Below are positions 28,431 to 42,247 of a stretch of DNA of 64,000 nt, one piece after another. The position numbers and the translations under genes were made by a program. The notes under the pieces are model-generated. The model had not been told where the DNA came from. It was given only the letters and a program-made list of their open reading frames with translations, and ran no database searches. The DNA comes from the human T2T-CHM13v2.0 reference genome, Homo sapiens. The stretch lies in NCBI RefSeq assembly GCF_009914755.1, contig NC_060930.1. One strand, written 5' to 3'. Position 1 is the stretch's first letter, and each line of letters opens with the position of its first letter.

Positions 28431-30414
28431 TGTACACCAGTCCCAGCGCCCAGCCTCATACGGGCCTATGTTAAGTCAACTCTCATGTGCCAGATTCTGC
28501 TTCCTCCAGCTTTAGGTACAAAGGAGGGCAATGAGCCGCCCTTTTACCTATGTTCTCTCAACACGGATCATCAAAAGGGGGCAGAAGGAAGTGGGAAGGA
28601 GGCCTGAGAAGTTGCCAAGGTAGATAAGAAGTCCTCAGAGGGTACCGCAGGACATTCTGGGGCTCAGGGTTGGGAGGACTTTGTGGAGATTGTGCTTCAG
28701 TCCTGCCCCACAGGACTGTCATGAGCACTGGTGGGTTTGAAGGGAATGTGGACAGAAGGAAGAGGCACTCACTCCCTGGAAGGGCCATCCTTCATGTTTA
28801 AAATAGCCTCAGTCAACCCTGCCAGATGACAGTGAGTCACAGGATGGTGGATTTCTTACCTGCCCCTTGGCCAGAGCCACCATCGTTGCGGCCAGCAGCG
28901 TGGCCCGGCTCCCTTTGTCCAAAACAAACACTAATGCAGGCAGGCAGCCCTGTGGGTGAGAAGGCTCAGGAGGGTGAAGGCTTGTTTTGGAGGTCATCCC
29001 ATTTAATCCTTCCCTTCTGCCTTTCTCTTTGTTTCTCACTGAAGCCCAGAAAGCTTGCCTGGTCGTGATTTTTTATTATTAGTAGTATTAATACTAGTGT
29101 CTTGCCTTTCGGTTTGGATGGCCTGCAGAACTCATGCCCAGCAGTGCACGGCCACTAAGCCCACTGAGGCAGGGGGCTTAACTGGGCTAGGGGGCTTCTA
29201 GCTCCCAGCCTCTGTGGGCTATTTTTGCGGGTTTTCTCGCTCTCTCCCAGCAAGCCTCGTGTCTGTGGGATGTACCCAGTCTTTCCCGTGCGCGCATTTG
29301 AAAGGAGCAGATGAAAGCTGCTCCTCTGAGCCCGCCTAATTGGAGAGAATTGCAGTTTAGAGGTAAGGGTTGGGCCTAATAAGCAAGCAGGGGAGGGTGC
29401 ATAGAGGAGGGGGCGGGCTAGGAGGAGAAGAGCTCTTTTTTATGAAAATGTGGGCCTCCCCACTGTCATTCCCCTTCAGCTGCTGCCTCGCAGATGGACC
29501 CTTTAATTGAATTTTCCTACAGGCCTGGGGGAGGGAGTCATTTCAGGTCCAGAGAGCAATTGAAGTGAATCCGAGGGCTTTGGTTTCTTTTCATCAGGAG
29601 CTGAGGGCCAGGTGGGGTGGGTGTCAGTCTTGGTATTTTCATCTTGTGCCTGCTATCTTTGTCTACCTTGCCATTCTTCTCATTTTCCCCCTTTTAAAAA
29701 TCCACACTCAGGATTATGTTGCTACATCCTGGACTTAGTCATCGCAGAAGCTTGGAGGAAGATGAATTAGAAAGATAGGGTTTTGTTTGATTCCATTGGT
29801 TCAACCTTTTACTGAGCACCTGCTGTTTGCCTAGGCCTATGTTCAGCTCTGATGAAGACAGTGGGAAGTTCAATGCATGCCTTCTGAGAATTTCTGCCTA
29901 ATCAGAAAGAATGCCCTTAAAAATAAAAGAAAAAAGCAAAACAAAACAAACAGCCAATAAACAAAACCAGCCGAAAGACCACAGAATGAGGCATGACATT
30001 CTAAACGGAATATGACCAAGCACTAAAATGTACGGGTAAGGCAACCAGAACAAGTCCCTTGAGGGTCAGAGGCATGTGGGCCACTTATTTTGGACAATAG
30101 ACTGTAAATGGCCTGATATCAAAAAATGTACCTATAGAATGCTCAACACCTCTCTCTGCCCCGGGAAAAGCAAGAAAGCAGGGTAAGAAAAGGAAAATAG
30201 GGTCCAGTTCTCCACCTTCTGTGAAAATAGCAAGGGTGTGCCTGTATCCAGGATTCTGCTGAGAGTCCTGTAGGTTCGAGTATGATCCCAGGAACGCTGT
30301 GAAGAAACCTGAACATCCACCTGTCTGTATCTTCAACCATCTTAATTGAGCTTCACGAGATGGAAAATGTGGTCATGTAGAGGGGAAGAAAATCTCTTAC
30401 CACAAAACCATGCA

Positions 30415-31020
30415 TTGGTTCGTTCATTCATCAATGTTTAAGTGTCTACCATATTTCTGAGTCTCTGTTCAAGACTGGAGATACAAAGTCAAATATCACA
30501 TGGTTTCTGAGGTTAAAGGAGGGTAGCACCATGTGGGCATAACTTAATTCTTTTGTTAGTATTTTATAGCAAGAAAACTTAGTTGAAATCTGGGCACAGA
30601 GTACTTAATGGATATAGTAGGTGAGGGAAGAACACGAACTGCCTCTGTATAATAGATATCCCTAAATACAAAACATTCTAAGCAAAGCAGGAAGCCTGTG
30701 AGTTCTTTATTGTGGCCCTCAGTGGCAGCCACGTGAGGCTTGGCATAGCAGTCGTCCTCTGGTGCTCAGGGGACAGTAACTGAAGCTACTAGGGAGGATG
30801 GGGTGACCAGGAGAGGTGAAACCAGAACTGTGCTACAAAAGAGGGAGAGGATTTAGATGGAAAGAAAAGGAAGGCTACTCTGAGCCGATCACCCCTGGCA
30901 CAGATGTAGAGGTGGGAATGAGAATGGATATATAGAGAGAGGTGGCCGGCCTATCTGTGTAGGACCATGCCCACGGCAAATGGGAGAAATGTGTAGTCAG
31001 GTGAAGTCAAACCATCAAGG
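30415..31020 (-). mobile_element. L2 fragments
   Basis: 'ttcgttcattcatcaatgtttaagtgtctacca...ctggagatacaaag'. Confidence 0.55.
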
Positions 31021-31134
31021 CGGATCCTCATTTGCATAATGAGGAATTTATTCTCACAGAAAAACAACAACAAAAAAATTAACTTTCATCAGGTTCCTGA
31101 TACAACCAGTTACTTTTTTCATCTTGATTATTTA

Positions 31135-31690
31135 TCATTGTCATGATCGTCATCATCGTCATCATCATCACCTAATCCTTACATGACTACTGTGAAGTAG
31201 CAAATGTAATCGATTGTAGAGGGAAGGAGATCCCGGTTCAAACAGCATAAGTGACTCACCCAGCATCACAGAGCTAGCGTGTGGGTGGAACTGAGAGTCA
31301 TGCATCAGCTCCTGCACCACAGCTGCCTCCCTGGCAGGGAGCAGGAGAACAGGGTCGTGGCCAACATCCCCTTGCTCACTCCTTGGGTACTCTAAGTATT
31401 GCCTGGGTATGTGGTGACCAGGGGGGAGGCGAACAGAGCCCACCAAAAAGCACTGGGGTCACCATTTTAGAAGCTGTCCCCCTGCCAATCCTCTGAGGCC
31501 AGCCTGCCCTACTCTTCCTGATGAGAGGTACCAGGAAAGTGTTCATTATGCCACCTGCTGTGTTAAGCACTTTACATTCATTACTTCAATTAATTCTCAC
31601 GCCAACCCTTGAAAGTAAGAATTATGGCTCTTGTTTTACACCTTAGGACATGGCGGCTCTGAGAAGTTGGTCTGACTCCAGTGACTGAGC
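31135..31690 (-). mobile_element. Two MIR fragments (~31135-31320, ~31550-31690)
   Basis: 'aagtgactcacccagcatcacagagctag'; 'tgtgttaagcactttaca...taattctcacgccaaccct'. Confidence 0.6.
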
Positions 31691-32133
31691 TCTTTCCCCC
31701 GGGCAGCTGTGTGCTGTAAGATGCTACCTCTGGAGCACTCCCCTCTGCCAATGTCTTAGAGTTCACACTCAATAAACATCTTTTCAGAGATAAGTACATG
31801 CCACCCACTGCTAGCCACACACCTTGCCAACTCTACTTAAAAAATAAAAGCAAAAATCTTCAAGTATTGATTCATAAGGAGCTTGACGCATTAATGAGAA
31901 CTGGTGTCAGTGGGTGACTTGCGCAGTCACCAAGGGGAGGAAGGCATCCCATTCCTCCTTGCTTTCCCCAGGGAGGACCCCAGGGATCACCTACCAAAAA
32001 TCGTCAACTCAGCCTTCACATACGAATGCTTGGAACCTGGTGATCGATAAGGACAAAGCTGATGTTTGTTGATCGCTGTGTAGCAGTCACTGTGCTAAGA
32101 ACTTCACGTATATGGTGGGATAGTATTTCAAAG

Positions 32134-32354
32134 CAGGGTGTCTCAATCTTGATACTACTGACATTTGGCACCAGATAATTCTTTTATACAGGAGGTTTCT
32201 CTGTGCATTGTAAGATGCTTAGCAGCATCCCCGACCTCTTTCTACTAGATGCTGGTAGCATCTCACTCCCTCCCAGTTGTGACCATCAGAAATGTCTCTA
32301 GACATTGCCCAATGTCTCCTGGATGCCAAAGTTGCCCCCAGTTGAGGACCACTG
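32134..32354 (-). mobile_element. MER20, full length
   Basis: 'cagggtgtctcaatctt...gttgaggaccactg' termini with typical interior. Confidence 0.92.
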
Positions 32355-32669
32355 CTTTAGAGTATAAATTGATGTGCCTCTAAATTGATATGTTGGGATC
32401 ATTTGCCTCTAGTTCAGGCGAGCACAGAGACCAACAGCAATCCTTATCAGCTTTGACTTGGGCCATTCCGGGCCATTCTGCACCATCTGCCTGGAATTCT
32501 GGGTAACAGGGTCATGCCTCAGGTCAACCTTCCCCCATACAGCCAACACATAGCAACATGAGCCCCACTCATGAAGGACCACAAACATAATTAATTGTCC
32601 CCAAACCCCTGGGCTTTGGGTTTCCTGAGTTCGTATGCTTGGGAACAGCTGCTAGTGGACATAAAACGC

Positions 32670-32875
32670 TGGGAGAACCCTTTCAGATCCTGCCTTGCCA
32701 CTAATTAGATGTGCAATCTTGCAAAGTGACTTAAGCTCTCTAAGGCTCAGTTTTCTTCTCTGTAAAATCAAGATAACAGCACTTTCATCACATGGGTTCT
32801 CGGGAAGATTAAACAGGATGCTAAATATAAAACACCTCCTCTTGTGCCAGGCAACATAGTAGGCTTAATCAATCT
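32670..32875 (+). mobile_element. MIR
   Basis: 'aagtgacttaagctctctaaggctcagttttcttctctgtaaaat...gtgccaggcaacatagtagg'. Confidence 0.8.
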
Positions 32876-33599
32876 AAATTGTCTTTGTCCTCACCCTTAT
32901 CTCCCCAAGACAAAGATAGGATTTTATCTGGAACAAAACCCAGTGAAGGGTATGTTAACGAATTCCATCAAACAGAGCCATGATATGAATGAATGGCTAT
33001 ATTTCCTTCCAAGCATGATTTTTGGTCTTGGCATAATTCAACCCCTTTTTGATTCTCCAAGTAATCTCTCTTCAACCGAGTACACAGACTTGATGAATCA
33101 AGGCTGCTTTTGGAGCCCTCACCAAGAAAGGTGTGGGCCCCTCTGCAGGTGTCTGCACTCCGATAAGCTTGTCAGCAGAGGCTTTTCAGAGCCTGCCTCA
33201 TCTGTCAGATGTACAGGTGTGCCTGGGCTCAGCTTACACCCTGAGTCAGGGTCACGGTTGGCAAGATGGAGTTTTTCCCCAGGGATGGAAGCCTTATCAA
33301 CTTGAATAACAACCTGCTGCAGCCTGGTGCCTGCAGAGGGCAATGAATAAGCTTCTCTTTGCCCTGCATCCAAAAGCCAAGAGCCAGTGCACATTCTCAA
33401 GGGAATCAGATTGGGGGTGGGTTCTTGGTAAAACTGAAGATTATCAGGCCAAAAGAAACAGAAAAATAGATGGTAGCTGCTTAGTAAGCTTTTGTGTCTT
33501 TTAAGGTTTAACTGATTAAGAAAAACCTAGAAGATTCTAGACTGGAAATCCAGTTTTGGATTGCCTCTGCTCTTCTCTCGGGCATGCATTTTCCTGAGT

Positions 33600-33602
<3 letters not shown>

Positions 33603-33632
<30 letters not shown>
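33603..33632 (+). repeat. (GA)15 microsatellite
   Basis: Directly visible. Confidence 0.98.
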
Positions 33633-33635
<3 letters not shown>

Positions 33636-34239
33636 AAATACATATGATGCTGAAATCTGAAAATCTTTCTAATGGTTGCAGTTGAGAAAATCATTTTGAT
33701 GAAAGAGGAAGGTAAAGCTTTTGGATGAAATGGAATTTGGGAGTAATTCAGATTTCATTTATTCTCTTTCTTGTTCTCTCTTTAAGTCAGTAGGGCCCTC
33801 TAACAGTCACTGTAAAATATTCTGCCTATAGCAGTTTGCTTTATCCATAGTTGCTGTGATACAGTTATTAGAGGAAGCACAGCCAGTCTTAGGAGGTAGG
33901 CCTCTCTCTGGTATCACCTGAAGAAGCCATTTGAGGATTCTACCCAAGATCCATGGAGGAAGAGTCTCTGTCACCAGCCTGCTGTGACCCAGCTGGGCTG
34001 GAAGCTTGGCTGTGTGAATATTGTAAAAGTTGCATGATTTGAACGTAGACTCAGCTGGGCTAATGAGGACAGGACTTCAGATAACCATGTGACGAGATCA
34101 CTCTCCTTCCACAGAATAATGCCTCTTGGGGATGGTGGATGGTGAAGTATATCAACATTTAAGAGCTGAAAATAAAAACTTTGTGTTCCCCAGGAAAATG
34201 ATGAAATCACCCAGAACCCAACTGAATATCAGCTAATAA

Positions 34240-34920
34240 TTAAGAGCACAGACTCCATAGTTTGCCCTGCTTTTAAACCCTGGTTAGCTTACTAGTTATG
34301 TGAGAACTTGGGTAGGTTACTTGCTTATTCTTTGCCTCAGTTTCTCCATCTGTAAGACAGGGAAAATAATGGTATCTGTATTTGTTTTTTAGAGCAACTG
34401 AAACAAGTCATCACAAACTGGGCAGCTTAAGCAACAGAAATTTATCCTCTCACAGTCCTGGAGGCCAGAAGTTCCATAGCAAGGTGTCAGCAGGTCCATG
34501 CGCTCTCTCTGAACGCTCCAGGAAAGACTCCTTCCTTTCCTCTTCTAGCTTCTGGTGGTGGCCGTCAAGCCTTGGCATTCTTTGGCTCACAGCTGTATCA
34601 CTCCAATCTCTGCCTCTCTCACCACATGATGTTTGCCCTGTGTCTGTGCCTTCTCCTCTTACAAGACACCAGGCATATTGAATTTAGCACCTATCGTAAC
34701 CTAGTATGACCTCATTTTAATGTAATTACATTTCCAAAGATCCTATTTCCAAATAAGGTCACATTCTCAGGTACCTAGGATTAGGACTTCAATACGATCT
34801 TTTCAGAAGACACAGTTCAACCCACAGTAGTACCCCATGGGATGTTGTGTGAATTAAGTGAGATAATATGAAAAGAGCTTAGACCAGTGCCTGGAACATA
34901 GGAACATGAACTACTTATTC
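34240..34920 (+). mobile_element. MIR split by MLT1C
   Basis: MIR core 'gcctcagtttctccatctgtaag' before the LTR; MIR 3' end after it. Confidence 0.75.
34377..34829 (-). mobile_element. MLT1C solo LTR
   Basis: 'tctagcttctggtggtggcc...cactccaatctctgcctc...gacacagttcaaccc'; TSD gtatc/gtacc. Confidence 0.9.
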
Positions 34921-35312
34921 TTTCTAAACCTTACGATAAGCTCATAAGGGTGGATCTTATTGCACTTCTTCAACAGAAGAGAAACCCTAGGCTGGAGGTG
35001 AAAGAAATTGGCCTAAAGCCACCCACGTAGTTAGTGGTACAGTTCAAGTTTAGAGTGGCTTGCTCTAACTCCAGAACCCAAGTACTTCTAATAATCTATT
35101 ACTCCGTACTCCTTCTAGAGCGACTTGGCTTTCTAGAACAAACCAGTTTCTTCATACTTTCCTTATAAAACTCACTTTCCAACCCTGGGGTTCTCCTACT
35201 TCACTCTCCTGCCACCTGCCACGAATTATTCAAGTTCAAATTCACTACTTTAGAACCCCCAATTAAAAAGCACTCAGCTAGAATGGCGGTGATTCTTGCA
35301 TATATCTTTAAC

Positions 35313-35533
35313 CAAGCTTGGCCAACCCACTCTTGCAAGCCACATGCAGCCCAGAACGGCTTTGAATGCAGCCCCCCAAAATTCATAAACTTTCTTAAAA
35401 CATCATGAGATTTTTTTGTGATTTATTTTTAGCTCATCAGCTAGCAATAGTGTTAGTGTATTTTGTGTGTGACCCAAGACAATTCTTCTTCTTTCAGTGT
35501 GGCCCAGGGAAGCCAAAAGATTGGACCACCCCT
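35313..35533 (-). mobile_element. MER30 (hAT-Charlie)
   Basis: 'gctcatcagcta...gacccaagacaattcttctt...ggcccagggaagccaaaagattggac'. Confidence 0.92.
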
Positions 35534-35649
35534 CCTGCCTTTAACCCTTACTCATTCTTAGTACAATGTCAGGTTTAACCAGGACATCAAAATAGACTGC
35601 AACATTTCCTTACCTCAAGGGTTTATGGATGAGAAACATCAGCCAATTA

Positions 35650-35880
35650 CAAATGAATTTACAATATGCCGGATAGTATTCTAAGTGCTTTAACAAATAT
35701 TGACACATTAAATCCCCCTGACAACTCTGTGAAGGAAATATTGGTTTATTCCCATTTTACAGATTAGGAATATGCAGACACAGAAAGGCTAAGATCACAG
35801 AGCTAGAATGTTCCAGAACAGGGACTTGGCTGGGGTAGTCTGCCTTTTAGTTCCAGAGCCTATGCTTTTACGCACTGTGT
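35650..35880 (-). mobile_element. MIR
   Basis: 'ttctaagtgcttta...acaactctgtga...cccattttacagattaggaa'. Confidence 0.8.
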
Positions 35881-36648
35881 TCCATGTGCAGTGGATTTAT
35901 TTAAACATCCCCTGAGGACATTAAGGTTAGTTTTAATATTTTGACATTCGAAACAATGCTAGAGTAAACATCCTCAAGCTAAATCTTTACGCACAACCCG
36001 AATTATTTTTCTGGTAGAATTGTTGTGTCAAAGAGTAAGCATGTTATTAAGGCTTTGGTATGTAACGTCAAATTGCATGAATGAGGGAAGGAGTTCTCAG
36101 GAAGTGAAAATGGGATCAGCAACAGCATGAAATGGAAAAGCATGGGGGTATGTCTGGAAAATGGCAAACACTCCAATCTGAATGGAATGTAAAGTGCTTG
36201 AAGACAAGAGATTGAAGCACTGCTTCTAAATTGGTCTGGACCCAGCTTGTGGAGCACTTTGAACACCAGACTTCAGAATTTAGACTCTGTCGAGCAGCAC
36301 TCAAAAACCAGCATACATTTTTGAACTGGGGAGTGAAATGATCAGATTCTGTCTAAAATAATTTGCTCAAGAAAAACTTGAGGAAAGAAAAACTTCTTTC
36401 CCTTCATAAGAGGAGTCATTCATCACAACTGCATCAGTACAAATGGACTGGTGGGGGTATATTTCATTATTCTTTTAACATGGTACATTCTTGAAATTAC
36501 CTATTTTTACACACAGAGAAATAAAAGGATTAATATAAAGAATAAATATATCAATAACAATAATTATATGTATTCTATTTTAATATATGGATTATTTTAT
36601 ATATTCTATAAATGTATAATATACTTAATATTATAATGTATAATAATA

Positions 36649-36745
36649 CAGTAGTTTCCTCTTATCCGCAGTTTAGCTTTCCAATGTTTTAGTCACCCAT
36701 GGTCAAGGGCAGTCCAAAAATAATAAATGCAAAATTTCAAAACCA
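36649..36745 (+). mobile_element. MER44/Tigger7 terminal fragment
   Basis: TA followed by 'cagtagtttcctcttatccgcagttt...gtccaaaaataataaatg'. Confidence 0.75.
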
Positions 36746-36879
36746 CAGAACACAGAAGATGGTTCGAATGAGTATTTTTTTAAGTTGCCCATGGATGGTA
36801 TATCACTAACATCATTCTAGATGTAGAAATGAGAAGTTAGTTCATTTCACACAATGGATGCCCCAGGACATTAGGGCTT

Positions 36880-37350
36880 CATTCTCTGCATAAATGGTTG
36901 AGAAAAACTGGTAGAATGTATCTTAGGAGTGGAATTTCTGCTGGGGGTGCACAATTCCTATGGTACCTGACGGTGCCACAGGGTTGTATCAAGGTACACT
37001 CATTGGTAAGAGAATTCACAGCTCTACAGCACTGCCAACAAATCAGGTTGTTAAAATGCTTGCTACTCTGAAAGGAGTAAAATAGCATTACAGTGTCTTG
37101 AACTTGCATTTCTGCCATTACAAATATGGAAATCTTTCTTTTTTCATATTTGTATAGACTAGGTTTCCTTCTTTCTGAATTTCCTGTTTAATCGCTGGTC
37201 CATCCATTTCTCAATTGGAGTATGTGTCTTTCTCTATCGATTTGTAGGCATTCTTTACATACCCTGATAGTAATCCTCTGCTGGTGATACGCATCATGGC
37301 AAGTATTCATTAAAGTAATCCTTTATGGTGAATTTTAATGTGTTGAGTCC
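36880..37350 (-). mobile_element. L1M fragment
   Basis: Antisense L1 text 'taggagtggaatttctg...ttgcatttctg...gatttgtaggcattctttaca'. Confidence 0.65.
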
Positions 37351-38678
37351 TACTTTAAGGCTAATGCAGGAAAAAAAAAAAAGAAGTTCCCAAAAGGACA
37401 GCCAATATGTAAATATATTTACAGTTCCTTCACTAAATAGACAAGTATTACATATCTTCTATGGGTTAGACTCGGTAGGGGAAAGGTCTGGGGATATAGA
37501 AATAAACAAGTCAGGATATCTACCCTTAAGAGATTTGCAATGCAGAGGAGGAAACAAACATTTAAATTCTATTACAACCCCGTAAGAGCCATCATGGTTA
37601 GCGGTGAAATATTACACGTCTTAGCTGCCATAACGCCACTTTAGAGGAAAAAGGATAAACGTTTCTGCAGGTCATTATCACAAGACTGAATGAAGACAAG
37701 GAACAGGGAAAGCTTCTCTCCTGCACCTCAAGTCCCATTTCCTGGCAGGGCACAGGGTGACCAGTTCACAGATGTGGTAGTACCTGCTGTCCTCCAGAGC
37801 CACCACACCTGGCAGGACCAAAGTCCTTGAAATTACATTCTCTTAAGTATATACGTGCTCTTTGTTCTCTCACACCTCTGTAAACAAGGCTTTTTGCTGC
37901 TGTTCCCATCAAGCTGCTCCCTGCAACTGTGTAGAGAGACTGTCACAACAGCACTTGTCAGGAACTGCAGCGTAGCAAGCCATGACAGCTGGTGGCACGA
38001 GGAGCCCATGCATCTGCTTTTCTCCCTCTGCCAGGCCTCCCTGAATAATGGGAGGTCTTGTGTACACACGAATGATGCTATTGATCCTCCCACTGTGGGC
38101 CCCAAGCACTGCCGTTCTTTGTAAGTAGCTGGGGGTTGCGTTTACACTGCTCTCCTCACACACCACCACCTAATTCCCCCTGGGATCCAGGGAGCGTATT
38201 TGTACTTGGTTATAAGTGCAGAGAGCCCTGGAATCTTTATCAGGAGAGCAGAATTTGGGTGGCAGCCTTGTCGCATACCAGGTGGGTAGCTGTTTCTGTA
38301 CCTCTTTTCTCATACCTAGGAAAATACCTGTTCTGAAGTTCTCAGTGAAACATATGTGAAATTACTTATGAAACTGATTTGTGAGCTCTCTTGTACGAAG
38401 CAAATGAAAGTTATTATAATTATTTGCATGACTCTTGATATGGAAGGCACAACTTCAAGAGGTCCACTAATAGCATCTTGTGGTTTCTGAGCCCACACAT
38501 CTGTGGCGCATCGCAAATGGGCACACAACTTTTTCCTTGGACAGCTGATGTACTCAGCCCTGATGGGGAGTGGGGGATCTCAGGAAAACAAGTGAGAGAA
38601 TTCTCAAATTCACAGAATCATGGACTACCAGATACAAAGGGGCCTTCCCATCTACAGTAGAACCTTGATGGGTTGAAT

Positions 38679-38930
38679 CAGTGGCCTCCAAACTTCTTGT
38701 TCCCATGCTTTTAGCAGGAATGCATTTTTGCATATAACTTTCCAATATATGCCTATTTATTCATTTATAGACAATAGATGTGTACTAATATAAATGGGCA
38801 TTTTAAAAACATACACAAAATTAGACATTTTTAAAGTGTAAAAAAAGTTCTAATATTTTCTTCTGGCACCACACAGTGGATCATCTTGCCCATTCTTGAG
38901 AGTACATGCCTTTAACATTGAAGTCCACTG
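38679..38930 (+). mobile_element. MER112-like (hAT-Charlie) inside a MIR
   Basis: 'cagtggcctccaaactt...aaaacatacacaaaa...gttctaatattttcttc...ggatcatcttgc...ccactg'. Confidence 0.75.
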
Positions 38931-40025
38931 GACAAATCAGGACACTGAGGACCAGAGAGATGAAGTGATTTGCTCCAAGCCAACTGGCTAGTTGGTGACT
39001 GAGCTGACATGCTGGCCTGAGATCGCTGTTTCCTGATAATGCGCGTGATCTCAGAGTTTACCCTATATTGCAAATTACCTCCATGGAATTACCACACCCT
39101 ATTCTTAGTTTATTCCTGATGCATCAAGAGGCTTTTTTTTTTCTTAGACCTCTTTTTCATTCTTTTAATTTCTGAGAACAGACCTGAGAGAGTGGGTATA
39201 GATTTCCTTCACATAACAATGTGAGAAATAATAGAGCAAGATTGTATGTCACAGATGAAAATGCTATATTTATGCCTCATTGTAATCCATTCATTGCTTT
39301 ATGGATCCAAAGTCCCCTTGGGAGTGTCACAAATCCACATAATGTTCCTGAGTGCAGGATTTGGCATTTGGATCTCTGACTTAGCTGTCAGATATGTAAA
39401 ATCACATGTAGCCAGACAACTCCCTCGGGACTCCACAGCTGCAGATACTGAAGAGTGCGAGTTATTCCAACAAGGTCAGCATTAATTTAGGCAGATACAG
39501 TTCCCCTTGAGCTACACTCTTACTGCCCCATCTAATTTTAAGTGTGACTCAGAGGGCTCTGGTGGAGCGAATCCAGTAGCATTCTCTTCTCCAGCACTTT
39601 CTCCAAGCTCAACAAGGGTGACTTTCAAAGGAGTCACATGCCTTTAAGGGAGACAACGGTTTTCCCAAGAGTCTGAACTTCTGAGGCTACTGCACAGCTC
39701 TGCTTACCTGTCTTCACCCTCCTTTACCTGCTTTTCAGCCTCTCAGGATCCCTCTCTACCCAGTGGCCTTGCTTTAAGGATCCCGTACATGCCATGCAAA
39801 TTGCTGGGTGGATGATTCTCTTCTGGACCACGTAACCATGACTTGGATATCCTCTCCTATGTCCAAATTGCTTCTAATCAATGGTTGATGAAAGATGTAA
39901 ATGAATACTAAGTACACTTTAGAAATAAAATGAGCTGACAGGTAAGTTAGCATTCCCCTCATCACCAGGGGTACACCAAGAGAAATTATTTTACTGGGTG
40001 AAAGGTTGGAAGTGAATGGTCTCTG

Positions 40026-40353
40026 GGCTGGGTGCGATGGCTCCCCCTATAATCTCAGCACTTTGGAAGGCCGAGGCAGGCAGATCACCTGAGGTCGGCA
40101 GTTTGAGAACAGCCTGACCAACATGAAGAAACCCCGTCTCTACTAAAAATACAAAATTAGCCAAGTGTGGTGACGCATGCCTGTAATCCCAACTACCTAG
40201 GAGGCTGAGGCGGGAGAATCGCTTGAATCCAGGAGGCGGAAGTTGTGGTGAGCCAAGATTGCACCATTGCACTCCAGCCTGGGCAAGAAGAGCAAAACTC
40301 CATCTCAATAAGAAGAAGGAGAAGGAGAAGGAGAAGGAGAAGGAGAAGAAGAA
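40026..40353 (+). mobile_element. AluSp with (GAAGGA)n tail
   Basis: 'cctgaggtcgg...cctgaccaacatgaagaaacccc', 'gcaagaagagcaaaactcc'. Confidence 0.9.
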
Positions 40354-40495
40354 GTGGTGAGTGGTCTCTCCATTCCCTTCCAAATCACTATTAGAAAAAA
40401 CAAAGAACATAGAATCAGAGGGCCTGGATTTAAAATCTCCCTCTGCTAGTTAGTAACTGAAGCACCTAGCACACAAAGAGACAAGAAATATTTGT

Positions 40496-40800
40496 AGCCA
40501 GGCACGGTGGCTCACGCCTGTAATCTCAGCACTTTGGGAGGCCAGAGTGGTAGGATCGCTTGAGCCCAGGAGTTCATGACCAGCCTGGGCAACATAGGGA
40601 GACCCTGTCTCTACAAATTTTTTTCTTAAAAATCAGGTGGGTGTGGTGACACATGCCTGTAGTCCCAGCAATTCAGGAGGCTGAGGTGGGAGGATCACTT
40701 GGGCCTGGGAGGTCAAGGCTGTAGTAAGCCGTAATCATGCCACTGCACTCCAGACTGGGCAACAGAGAGAGAACTTGTCTCAAAATTAAAAGGCAAAAAA
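40496..40800 (+). mobile_element. AluJ
   Basis: J diagnostics; TSD gaaatatttgt; inserted in MIR sequence. Confidence 0.9.
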
Positions 40801-41237
40801 GGAAATATTTGTTACATTGTGCAAGTTATTTCACTTTTCTGTGCTCAAGCTTTATCTGTAAAATAGGAATGATGATCACTGTCTTACAGGATTGTTACGA
40901 TGATTTACATTTAATAAATATTTACGTAAATAAACTATATGATGGAAATTAAAAAGAAACAAGTAATGTCTACATGTTTTAATCAACTAGTGCTTAGCAG
41001 TTCTTAAAAGGGCACTCTACAGCTGATTTTTCCATGAGGCCTCACCACATGGCACCATTTCCAAGCGTGACAAGCTTGAAAACCATTGCTGTCCCCCTCG
41101 GTTCCCTCCTAAGAATAATGAACCGCATCACAATTGACCTCAGCATAAATGAATGGTCACTGAGCCAGACCTATCCATCCACTGCTTTTCAAATCCCTCG
41201 CTCTCAATTCCAGTTGCTGCCTCAACAACTGGTTTTA

Positions 41238-41664
41238 TGTAGGTTTCCTGCAGGCACAGCCTCATCATGCCTCACCGTAGGCACATACCTCATGTTTCTC
41301 ACGTTCGTCCCCAGCACCTCTGTTTCTAGAACCTCTGCAGAGCCCACATACAGATAAAGCAATGAGAAAGAGTTGACAACCCTAGGGGTAGACCTTGGTC
41401 AATACAGGACAGAAACAATCCCATACATCTATGCCCCTTGAGGAAGAGATTCTGAGACATGTTCCATCACGCTTCTAGAGAGTCCTGGGGAGCAAGCCTC
41501 CAGTTGCCCTAGAGGCAGCTAACTCAATGACACATCTGCATTTTGAATCTCTCTCCTTCCCTGTTTAGTGCCCCTGTCTCGGCTATGTTTCCTAAATAAG
41601 CCACTCAGCCTGCATGGCAGTCTTTGTCTCAAGCTTTGCTTTTGTGAGGAGCTGGGGCTGAGAT
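41238..41664 (+). mobile_element. LTR16C-like ERV-L LTR
   Basis: 'ccagttgccc...tccttccctgt...cctaaataag...tgtctcaagctttgctttt...ctgagata'. Confidence 0.65.
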
Positions 41665-41714
41665 ACCACCATGTGCCAGACACTATCTTCGGTTATCTCA
41701 TGCATCCTCTAGGG

Positions 41715-42239
41715 CGGCAGTCCTCAACCCTTTTGGCACCAGGGATCAGTTTCGTGGAAAACAATTTTTTCATGGACCAGAGTGGTTAGGGGTCAGGGGT
41801 GGGGGGATGGTTTCAGGATGACTCAAGTGCATTATATTTATTACACACTTTATTTCTATTATTAATACATAATAAAATAATTATACAAGTCACTATAATG
41901 CAGGATCAGTGGGAGCCCTGAGCTTGTTTTCCTGGAACTAGATGATCTTATCTGGGGGTGATGGGAGACAATGACAGATCATCAAGCATTAGATTCTCAT
42001 AAGGAACCCACAACCTAGATCCCTCACACGCAATAGGGTTCACGCTCCTGTGAGAATCTAATGCCGCTGCTGATGTGATAGGAGGCGGAGCTCGGCTGGT
42101 AATGCAAGTGATGGGGAGCGGCTGTAAATACAGATGAAGCTTCACTCACTCACCCTCCGCTCACCTCCTGCTGTGTGGCCTGGTTCCTGACAGGCCACAG
42201 ATCAGTAGTGGCCCGTGGCCCAGGGGTTGGGGACCCCTG
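41715..42239 (-). mobile_element. MER1A (hAT-Charlie)
   Basis: Termini 'cggcagtcctcaaccc' and 'gggttggggacccctg'; TSD ctctaggg/ctctagag. Confidence 0.92.
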
Positions 42240-42247
42240 CTCTAGAG

